64,000 bases of DNA, from assembly GCF_009834535.1 (NCBI RefSeq), contig NC_045696.1, positions 29,824,001 to 29,888,000 on the forward strand, written 5' to 3'. Origin of the DNA: Camelus ferus (Eukaryota). The first letter of the stretch is position 1; each line of letters opens with the position of its first letter. Shown piece after piece: positions 40,135 to 51,035 of the stretch. The notes under the pieces were generated by a model. The model was not told the origin of the DNA and did not search any database. It saw nothing but the letters and a program-made list of their open reading frames with translations. A program made the translations under genes and the position numbers.

Positions 40135-40807
40135 GTTCAAAAGACTAGGAATAGACTTACCATATGACCCAGTAATCCTGCTCCTGGGCATATATCCAGA
40201 AGGAACCCTCCTTCAAAAAGACACCTGCATCCCAATGCTCATAGCAGCATTATTTACAATAGCCAAGACATGGAAACAGTCTAAAGGCCCATCAACAGAT
40301 GACTGGATAAAGAAGATGTAGTATATTTATACAATGGAATACTATTCACCCATAAAAACGACAACGCCATTTGCAGCAACATGGGTGTCCCTGGAGAATG
40401 TCATTCTAAGTGAAGTAAGCCAAAAAGAGAAAGAAAAATACCATATGAGATTGCTCACATGTGGAATCTAAAAAAAAAAAAAAAAAAGAACATAAATACA
40501 AAACAGAAACAGACTCATAGATATAGACTACAAACTTGTGGTTGCCAAGGGGGTGGAGGGTGGGAAGGGACAGACAGGGATTTCAAAATCTGTAGATACT
40601 GACAGGCATTTGCAGAATAGATAAACAAGGTTATACTGTATAGCACAGGGAAATATATACAAGATCTTGTGGTAGCTCACAGTGAAAAAAAAAAAGTGAC
40701 AATGAATATATATATGTTCATGTATAACTGAAAAATTGTGCTCTACACTGGAATTTGACACAATATTGTAAAATGACTATAACTCAATAAAAAATGTTAA
40801 AAAAAAA
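40135..40807 (+). mobile_element. Young 5'-truncated LINE-1 3' end (~670 bp)
   Basis: Homologous to 16086-16770 ([11 protein letters not shown]...DWIKKM), with 3'UTR and A-tail. A 12-bp TSD aagaatggaaaa is at 40123-40134 and 40808-40819. Confidence 0.96.
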
Positions 40808-41739
40808 AAGAATGGAAAAATTGATGTAAGAAGATATAGTCACTTGATTGACAAGTGCTGTGATGTTGACGGTCCTGGGGAGGATAAAATGCAGCTTAAG
40901 TGGGGCACAGTGGGTACCAGAATGTAATTGCACATGTTGAAATGAGGGGAGGTAGATGAGGGGAGAAGAATCTCAACTGGTCAGGAAACAGCGGGATAAT
41001 GATTCCAGGATCCACTGGAGGTAAAAGAAGATAAGCCAAATGTCAAGTATAGGACCAGAGACCTTTTCTGTACAAAGAGGCTTGCTACCTCTAGGGAAGA
41101 CATGTATTGCGGCTGGTCGGGTCTGGTGCTGAGGAGCTTTCAGCTTCTGACTATGTCCAGGGATGTCTCCTGATGAAAGAGAGGAGGTGAGATTCACTGG
41201 GACTTCAGGAGAAAATGGGCTAGTATAAAGGAATAATGTTTCCCTGATAATATGAGAAAAAATGCTGAGGAAACTGCAGTATCCTTCTACACAATTTGAG
41301 GAAACTGGTGTACCACAGTCAGGCCTGGGGTGCTCATGTTGGAGGCTCTCCATGCTGTTGATGACAAGCAGACAGGTAATCTGGTCTATGTCTTCTAAGT
41401 CTCAAACCTCCACCTAGAAATACTTGTAGGATTCCTCACATTCAGTGAGTATTTAGAAAGAATTTCAGAACAATTGACTTTTCTTGTACTGCGTCAATGG
41501 GGTGCTGGCTTCTGAGTAGCAGCTAGCCTTGTCATTCATTCAAGAAATATCGAGTGCCTACCATGTGTTAGGGGCAAAACCAGACACAGCTCTACTGTGA
41601 TGAAGTGTGGAGTCGAGTAGGAAAGGCACACCTTAGTCACATATTCAAAGACTAAACGTATAATTACAAAGTGTGATAAATGCCAAGAAACATCGTGTCA
41701 TGAGAATATTCTGATCTCATCCTATGATGGTAATGCTGG

Positions 41740-41915
41740 CTCATCACTCAGTAACTTCATTGGCTACTTGTGTTCTTGGGCAGTTACTTTACCACTTGTT
41801 GCCTCAGTTTCCTTTTTGGCCAAATGGGAAAAATATAACCTGCTTGGTAGGGTGCTTAGAATGGCATGTGGCATATGGGAAACATTCAATGTATTTTAGC
41901 TTTTACTGTTGTTGT
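41740..41915 (+). mobile_element. MIR SINE
   Basis: cttgggcagttactttaccact..tgcctcagtttcct...aaatggg...gtgcttagaatggcatgtggcatatgg. Confidence 0.7.
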
Positions 41916-44900
41916 TACTAGTATTTTAGTGAATTCAGAGCACTAGTCCTGGTAGTTATTCCCTCTTTGGGGAATCTTAATGGAGCAATGAGATCTATTC
42001 TCTCATGCTCCTTTTGAACAGTTTCTGTCATTTGGTGTTACACAAAAATCTGGAGTGTGTAGCACAAAAATAGTAAAACTTGGTACGTTAATTATATTCT
42101 GATCATTTTGTCATATAATAACAAATGCAAGAGAAAATCATCTTGGTTATCTTCCCTCACTCTTTCATTCATCCCTATACCTGTACATCAAACATTTCTT
42201 GAGAAAAATAAAGCTAGATGCTGAGGGGAATAAAAAGATACATTAGCATCAATTCCTGATCTGTCTCCCAGTCTAGTAGGGCTGGCAGACAAGTGCATAA
42301 ACAGTTACAATGTAGCCAGAGATGTTATTGTATTGAGAACTGTACCAAATATAGCTGAGGCACAATGGACCACTTCCACTCAAGTTGGGGAGATGGGGGA
42401 AGGCAAATGACAAAACAGAGGGGAGCCCTCCTGTCCTTTTCCTTATCTTACACATGTAGGTTATAAGAAAGGAATTTCGTTATCATTCTCATCCACAGGC
42501 TATACACTAGAGAGAGCCATGCAGATTTCTTATGGTATTCTATTAATCATAGTGTAGTTTTATTCAGTAAATAAACATAACAATGATCATACTTTCAACT
42601 TCTGATTGACTATGGAAATCATATATAATGATTATTGGCAAGTTTAAGCTATACCATTCATTCAGTTTATCAGCATGCTTCTTCATCCGTGGCCTTATAA
42701 AAAAACTAATGATAGTCTCATGTCCTTGGTTTATGGTTTTACACATTATTTCCCTTAAATTACCCTCTTGCTCCTTATTTTATTCTTATTTTCCCCTCTC
42801 ACCCTTTGCTGACAGTTTCACTGCTAATCCTCCTATCATTCTGTCAGTTTTCAACAAAGAACAGAAGTGTCCATTTGAAAAACCCTCTGGAATTACAGAT
42901 CATAGGATTTGGGGGAAAAAAGTAGCAAGAAGTAGCATGCTATAATAAGGGATGCTACATTACAGGAGGAAAGGGGAAGAAAGAAAAGATATGAACAGAG
43001 AAGCTTTTGTGAGCAAAGCAAGAATGATTTAAGCAGTTTCTCATGCATATTTCTCTTTACACCTGTTTTGTAAAATTTCTGACGGCAGAAGGTGAATCAA
43101 CAGTAGAAAGCTAATATTTGTCAATAGACAAAGAACTAGGTTTCACCAATGCAGATTTATTTCACAGGTGAATATTTTTGTATTTGAAAAGCAGGTGAAC
43201 AGAGTAATATAATTCCTGAGTTTAGAAGTTTCATTACCTGGTGGGAAAGGCTAGAAATAATTATTCAACAAATAGAGAAGGACAAGGTAAAGTAGATGGC
43301 AACATGGGAAAGAAAGGCATAGACCCTGAAAGAAAATTGTACAGTTATAAGCACCAAATTACAGAGCGCAGTCAGTGATTAAGATAGAAAGGGTGACTGT
43401 GTTAATATCCTTTACTTCAAGAGATAGACTGAAATGGAAAGTAGGCAAAACAATGATGGCATGTGCCTTGCTCTGTAATAAGAAATTGCTGAAGTTACCA
43501 TAAATGTCTATGGCAGCAGTCTAACACCTCTCCAAAAGAAGTTCACAGAAGAGGAGACATGGCAGTGTCTGTTTACTGAAAGTCACAGAAACAGACTTCC
43601 GGCTGGGCTGGCAGTGCTGAGGGGGAAAACGCATGGGTCACCCATGGACACAAAACCACCCTGTACCAAAAGGAAGGGAATGCAGATAAATGGGAAAGGG
43701 AAGAGAAGAGCAGAAATGTACCTGGGGAAACAGAAAATCTTTAGGGTTTAAGTGAGTAAATGCCAGGAGGATAAAATAATATGAAGCAAAAAGGAAGTAT
43801 TTCTAAAAATGAGAAATTGTGGGAAACTGTATGTGTTTCACAGCTTTCCTGACTTCCAGTCCAACTCATAGCCATTGCTTCCTGGGCCACCAGTCCTGTA
43901 CCATCGGAGGTCAGCTCAGAGTCAGCACTGAACAAAGGCCTGCTGAATGAGTCTTGATGTGCAGCTCATCTAGCACTTTGGGGAAAATGTAAATCTAGAA
44001 AGTGTGGGAAGACCTTTCCATATGAAATACTCATAGAAATTCCTTGGAGATAAAAAAGGAGCCTGAAAGGATTAAACACTGAAGAACTAATTGTTGTAGC
44101 CACTAGGAAATGGAAACAGGGGCTTGGGTGAAGGGAGATTTTCAGTAATTATTTTCATCATTTTTTGCTTGAATTTTTATAAGAATATGTCCATTTTTAA
44201 ATTCAAAGATTAAGAAATATTTTTTAAAGTTAAAATGGACTAAACTGTTATTTACATGTTGTTTAGATGATAACTTTGTTAAGGCTATAGGAACAAATTA
44301 TTTGGTCAGGTAATGAATGAATGTATCCCTTAGCCCTACTTTCTTCTGTAAAAGAGATAGAAGACAGTTGAGTATAACACTAAATCAGGTAGGCTATGTA
44401 AATACTTCAAAGTATTTTTGTGTGTGTGTGTAAAGACAATGTGTAGACAATTTGAAGAATTATGTTCTCCACTTTTTCCAGTTGTAACTCTTTCCCATTT
44501 CTAACTGTATGTGCCCTGTTAGAAATCCCATGTGATAGTTGTTAAAATGCAGGTTACCAAGTTCCTGAAACAGATTTTCTGATTCTGTCGCACAGGTTGT
44601 ACCCAAAGTACTCACATTTTTTAACATTATTTTTTTATTTTTAAAATTTGTATTATTTCTTTGAGTGTTCGGCCATTTTAAATATGTGATGTCCTAAAAG
44701 TATCTAGGTCATAAAGTCAACTAGGCAGTTGTATATATAATCCTGGATGGGAGGTAAAATCTGAGGTTTATAAGCATAGAGTCATTCATTAAAACCTTAG
44801 AGGTGGATTTGATTGCCCAGAGGTGATTATTATGAATATTTTTTAAAGCATAGAAATAAAAGAGCTCACAGTTGGGCTATGATGCACTTCAAATTTTAAC

Positions 44901-45273
44901 ATCCCAACAGAGGAATGGATGCTGACAGTGTGCTAGAGAAGCATCCACAGAGAGAAGAAATGAAAGAAGACCGTGGTGTCAGGAGGCAGAAATGGAAGTG
45001 TCCTCATGAAATAAACATGAGTCATACCCCCTGCCCCTCCACCCATGCCCACCACAGTCCTCAGCCAGGTAGTAGCACCCTAGATGCTCAACCTCAAGAC
45101 CCAACCTGTCCTCAAGGCAGACTGAGGACCATTGCCCTCCCCACCTCACTGGGATGTGCAGACCTGGGCTCCCTAAATACTAGGGGTCCCTGGCACATTA
45201 CATGCATGCCCCAAGGGTCCAAACCATGGTGGCCAGCCCCATGACCCACATTTAAAATAAGTGTCTTCTAGGG

Positions 45274-45492
45274 TAGGGATTGGTGTACTTTTTCTGTAAA
45301 GAACCAAGTAGTAAATATTTTAGGCTTTGTGTGTGAGAAAATCTGCATGGTAATTTCTTAACTCTGGCTGTGGTGGAAAAGCAGCTACAGACAACCTGTA
45401 AAATGATTATGGCAGTGTGCCAATAAAATTTCTTTTTTTTAAACAAAAATAAGTGGCAGAGTAGATTTGAAGTAGTAGTTTTCCCACCCTTG
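45274..45492. mobile_element. hAT-Charlie MITE, MER58A-like
   Basis: tttttctgtaaag..tagtaaatattttaggcttt..aaagcagctacagac..tgtgccaataaaa, with degenerate TIRs tagggattgg / cccacccttg. Confidence 0.8.
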
Positions 45493-46699
45493 CTATCAAG
45501 ATTTTTGTAAATGAGCTTATAAGATATTTTGAGGACATGCACATTTATATACAATATTTTAGTTTAATGCAACTCTCACAATTGTTTTTAAAAAATCAGG
45601 GCAGGGAGATGTAAAAGGTGTCTTTCCTCCTTTAGCAGGGATAGTTTTTACATCAGGAACTGAAACACTTAATTGCATGTGTAATAATGTAATTGAAAGG
45701 TCTAGTATACTGTCAGCATTGAGCTATTATCACTACAGCCTGCTGTTTTGATGAAATGTCAATGGTGGAGTATTGCATGAAGAAATGTCCCTGGCAACGT
45801 TGATGACAAAATGTCAGTGATAAGATGCTGCATGGAGAAATGTTCCTACAATGAAATGGTGCATAACAAGATGTCCTTACGATAAAACAGTCAACAAAAT
45901 GTCACCATGACAAAAGAATACACACACACACACAGACACCAAGAAATGACATGGCAACTTGGCTGCCTAATTACTTTCAATCTAATTTAAATTGGTAGAA
46001 AGTCTTTTTGCTTTTTAAAATGAGAGACTGCTAGCACATTTAAATGCCAAAAAGTTTTTTTCCCCTTTTTTTTTCTGGGACACTGCAGGTGGCCCCTTTC
46101 ATCTCTGTGCCTCTCACTCTGCAGAATGTTGCTGAGCAGGGGATCCTAGCATCTCTGAGTCAAGAGAGCTAGTTCAATCGCCTGCTTTGCGTTCCCCTAC
46201 CTTTCCCACCTCCTTCCCAGTTGGAATAGTAAGTTCTCTGTGAAAGCTTCTGCAAATGATGACAAGAAGGAGAGTTCTCAGGGAAAGCAACTGAGCTTTA
46301 ATGCTAGTAAAACTGTTCCAAATGTAAAACACATTTGAAAATCTAAATGTGTGCCCCCGAAACCACATCAATAGAACCTTTAATGATCTTCAGAACCAGC
46401 CTTTTCTCTTCCAGTCAGTGGGAAGATTGTTTCAAATCTGTTTGTGCCTGAAGCACTTTTGATTGTGACAGTCTTCTCATTCATGGGCTAAACATGGCGT
46501 CCCACTGGAAGTGCCATCCAGGTTCACAGCAATACAGTATGATATGAAAGTATAAACAGAAGTCAGAACTGCATTTCTCCTCTGAGATAACAAGTGCAAC
46601 TAGATTTTCAGACCACCTATTATGCCATAAAAAATAAAAGGGAAAGGAAAATAAGACCTACTTTATGTCAGTTGCCTGGTTCGTGGGAATGAAACTTAC

Positions 46700-46756
46700 C
46701 AGGTCAATACGGAGCCCTTTAAATGACTTCTATAGACGGTATCTTGATCCTTGCTT
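46700..46756 (-). other. Candidate 57-nt exon
   Basis: Consensus donor CTG|gtaagt with a weaker acceptor ttttaacaattggccag|. One frame is open (SKDQDTVYRSHLKGSVLT). Confidence 0.3.
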
Positions 46757-49205
46757 CTGGCCAATTGTTAAAATTTTTCATAAGATAAAAGCAGAGATAA
46801 CATCAATCTGAACTTCTTTCTGCTTTTTGTGGGTTGGTTAATCATAATTGATTAAATAATAAACTGTTTCACAACCTGTCTTAGTTTTTCCCTTTTGCTT
46901 TGAGACTCTGACTGAAATAAGGGCTCAGCCATACCTAATGTTTGGGCTTCCCAACATACAGATTAAGACTTAAGATCCTTGTAACCCTGTTTCTCACAGT
47001 AAAGAGCTGACTGGATAAAATAACACTGGTTTTCTGTTATAGATAGATATACTCCACCCTCATTATAGAACTATTTCAAAAGCCAAGGGATATTGAAAGT
47101 TATAACAGTAATGGCAGCCCTCATGATTAAATCATGAGGCACATGAGTTTTTCGTTTAAATTTGATGTTCTCATGATCTCAATATTTTTCATGCAAATCT
47201 TGTTATTTCTGCATCCTTTCACACTCCAGCTTAAATTGCTTGTCAATCGGCATGCTTTTCTTGAGTGCAGCACTTCTGAGCTTCTCCAATACGATTTTAT
47301 ACATCTATTTATATCCACTTCTTTAGTATATTTTTCCTTAAGGAAGACATTGGTACAGCATTCCAAATCACATTTAATGAAGTCTTTTGAATTAGGAGCA
47401 GTGACTTTGGAGGCCAAAGGACTTGAAGCAAGAGGATGGGTTTAGCCAGCAGATGGAGGTGAAGAAGACTATAGGTTAAGAGAGGAAGAAACCCTTTTAC
47501 ATTTTAACATTTATAACATTTTTAATATTATACCTAGAGTGCTTACACTAGGGATTGCTTAGAGCAAGGGCAAAATTATAGCCTAACAAAGAGAAACATC
47601 ATTAATTGGAAGATCATTAGAAAGCTAGGTAACCAAAAAGGTTGAAAATCCCTCATGAAATAACCCTTGAAATCTCATATCTTTCAAGGCATCTCAATTT
47701 TTCAGAACCTATAAGCCCTCAACTTAAAAAGTTTTTAGCCAAAATGTTCTCTTTTTTTTAGTGAATACTATTTCTGATTTCTATATTCCTGGTATCCTCA
47801 TCCACGTTGACCTTAGAAATCTTAGGGAAATGGACCAGAGACAAATATACTTCCATCAGGTCAGTGCTCTTTTTCTTTCTGAATTTACAAGACTCACACT
47901 ACAGATATCTACAATTGCACAGGCAAGCTTTAGTCTCCTGTCACCAACCCTCCTAGCGCTCCATCTTATTTTTTCACACAGGAGAATGTATTGCCATGTA
48001 TCTTGTAAAATCAGCTAATGTGCTTGCACAGAGCTAGAATGTCACTGGTATAACAAGACATGCAGTAATGTGCACTCATGTCATTGAGGACACTTCTAAT
48101 TGATTATGCATTTATTTGCCACACCACTATTCTCCTTGGAATATTGCTTAAGAAAAAAACATTTGAATATTTGAATAATCTCATACTGTTTTAGGGATTC
48201 CTGATGCTTGCTAATGAACACACTAGAAAGCTTTATATTTCAGATGTGTTCTCAAATGTGTAACCTACTTATTGCTTTTTTCCATGCATTTTTATATTCC
48301 AGAGGATCCTCTAGTGACAGAACATTTTCAATCATTACTTCTCTTTGGTGGAATCAATTACCTCCTGATAGATTCCCTTTCCAAGTTTAAAATTACATTT
48401 AAAAACTCATCTCTTTTCTGAATTCTAATTGGGTGTACTTTGAACCCTAGATTCTTTTAGTGAATATTTGTTTATAAATCTTTCTATGACTTAAAGGGCT
48501 TGTTAACACATTTATGGGCTGAGTGTAATAATCAACATGTAATATGTAATTCCTTTGGGAATTTACATTTATTAAACAAATATTTTATTTACTTTCAAGG
48601 GAAAGACTAGAAACATAATACTGACAGTAAAAATTGAGAAATAATGATATACTTCAATCATATTTTTTTCTGCCTACATGATTTGTTTAAAGTCACATTT
48701 GAGGACACTGAAAATAGAATTGCCTATAATTATGTCTCCCTCTTACACACAGAATCATATATAGTGGCTCATTTATATTCCTTATATTACAAAGAATCTC
48801 ATCAGCTTTTCAGTGGTTATTATTTTGCAAACATACTAATCTGAAATATAGCCAAGAGATGAGAAAGTAAGAAAAATATACCTTTAAATAAATATACTAC
48901 TATATGAAACCCTTTTATTGACAACTGTCATGTGGAAAGTGTTTTATTAATTAGTGTTATGATATTTGTTTTTTATAATAACCTTATGAGATGGGAATTC
49001 TTAGGCCTGTTTTTCATATAAGAAGTGTAGGAATGGAGCTAAAATTACCTATTGGAATTTACATAATTAACAAAAGAGTTGGGATCTGACCCTAGATATA
49101 GGTCACTCCAAGCTATTCACACTCTTTCTAATATGGTCTATCTCTCAAAGTAGAGAATAAAACATTCTTGATTTAAAATGTGTCCAATTTTGCCCATAGA
49201 AGAAA

Positions 49206-49724
49206 TTTTTTTTAACATTTTTTATTGATTTATAATCATTTTACAATGTTGTGTCAAATTCCAGTGTTCAGCACAATTTTTCAGTTATTCATGGACATAT
49301 ACACACTCATTGTCACGTTTTTTTCTCTGTGAGTTATCATAACATTTTGTGTATATTTCCCTGTGCTATACAGTGTAGTCTATTCTACAATTTTGAAATC
49401 CCAGTCTATCCCTTCCCACCCTCCACCCCCCTGGTAACCACAAGTCTGTATTCTCTGTCTGTGAGTCTATTTCTGTCCTTTATTTACGCTTTGTTTTTGT
49501 TTGTTTGTTTGTTTTTGTTTTTGTTTTTTAGATTCCACATATGAGCGATCTCATATGGTATTTTTCTTTCTCTTTCTGGCTTACTTCACTTAGAATGACA
49601 TTCTCCAGGAGCATCCATGTTGCTGCAAATGGCATTATGTTGTCGGTTTTTATGGCTGAGTAGTATTCCATTGTATAAATATACCACATCTTCTTTATCC
49701 AGTCACCTGTTGATGGACATTTAG
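49206..49724 (-). mobile_element. Young 5'-truncated LINE-1 3' end (~520 bp), antisense
   Basis: Reverse complement is near-identical to 16249-16770, with a T-tract at 49206-49213. No TSD found. Confidence 0.96.
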
Positions 49725-50086
49725 AGTTTACTTAGAGCCACTTTTTTTAAAAATTTATAAAACAAATCTTACTGCTCGGCTTAACTGTTCTTTTTGTGTT
49801 GTTCTGTTTTGGTTTTTAGTCCCCAGTATGAGATACTGAATAGAAAGTGGACAGAGGGAAAACATTAATGGCACATACAGACCTGGCATCTTCTCTTATA
49901 TTAAGATCACATGGAAGACACACAGTGACATGCAATAGAGATAATGCAAATCTTTTTTCTCTAACCTCAACACTCAGATTTAGTACTATTTCAATAATGG
50001 CAAAAATCCAGCTGCAGAAACCAAACAGTAGAAAATCTGTCCTAGCTCCTTCTAACTCTAGGTGAGTGCAAGACTGATCTTTTAAG

Positions 50087-50330
50087 TCAAGGTCACAAAA
50101 TTTCAGCCCTTGGTCTTTTTTTATTTTTTAATTTAATTTAATGTAATTTAATTTAATTTTTTAATTTGGCTGGCTGATGTCTTTAAAAATCTGAATTTGA
50201 ATGCCTTCAAATGTTCAAATGTTTCCTTTAATTGTAGGCCCTATCACACCCTGCCATCTTACCTAAAACCTACTTGAATCACTTATATCAAGTTTTTGGT
50301 CCATGAAGATGTTTGAGTTTGCAGCTCTCG
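50087..50330. mobile_element. hAT-Charlie MITE, MER102-like
   Basis: Ends tttgagtttgcagctctcg and contains tttaaaaatctgaatttgaatgcctt (from recall of the MER102 consensus). Confidence 0.45.
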
Positions 50331-50837
50331 TTCTGATGTGTCATGTAAAGTAAGCTCCCTTTCCTAAGTACTCTAATTCTGCCCATGGTTCTTCCAAAGT
50401 ACCTAACAGGATTGGAATTAGAATGAGATAATTTTACCTTGGGCACAAAATTTTAGATGGCACCAAAAACCCTCAGTAATCAAAATAAAGAGAATTAAAA
50501 ACTGTATTTTTAAAAATCAAAATTAATCCAAAAAATTTATGATAAACAAAATAAAGGCATCCCCTAGTCTTTACTCTAGTATCCAAACTGCCTTCTAGAG
50601 TCTATTTTGTTTTATACTAATATCCTTGAATCCAAGGCCCTCATTCTTACTTGGTTAATCTCTGCTTCTTCTGCCTCATCTCCTAGTATTGAAAAAAAGC
50701 ATAGAGTAGCAACCAATGCTGATTAGAAGAGAACTCAAACAGCAAACCCATGTGGCTCTATTCAGAATAGGAGCCTACATTCAGTATGCCTTGAAGCACT
50801 CCTCTGCATAGTTAATAATTTTAAAACAACTAGAGCT

Positions 50838-51035
50838 AGCAATTATTGAGCATTTCTGTGGAGACCCTGTGCTAGGCACTTAATTTGAATTATTTTACTA
50901 ATTCCTGACAACTATCATATGTGATAGAGATCGCTCTTATCTCCAGTTAACATTTGAATCTAAGTCATTTGCCAAATTAATACATGGTAGAGTAGGGATT
51001 AAATTAGGACATCATAATCACAGAATACACATTTT
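50838..51035 (-). mobile_element. MIR SINE
   Basis: gctagcaattattgagcattt...ctgtgctaggcactt...aattcctgacaac. Confidence 0.55.

Noticed and set aside
45749..45915. CRISPR-like array
   Set aside because: Degenerate contiguous short units without unique spacers, no cas genes, and a mammalian context.
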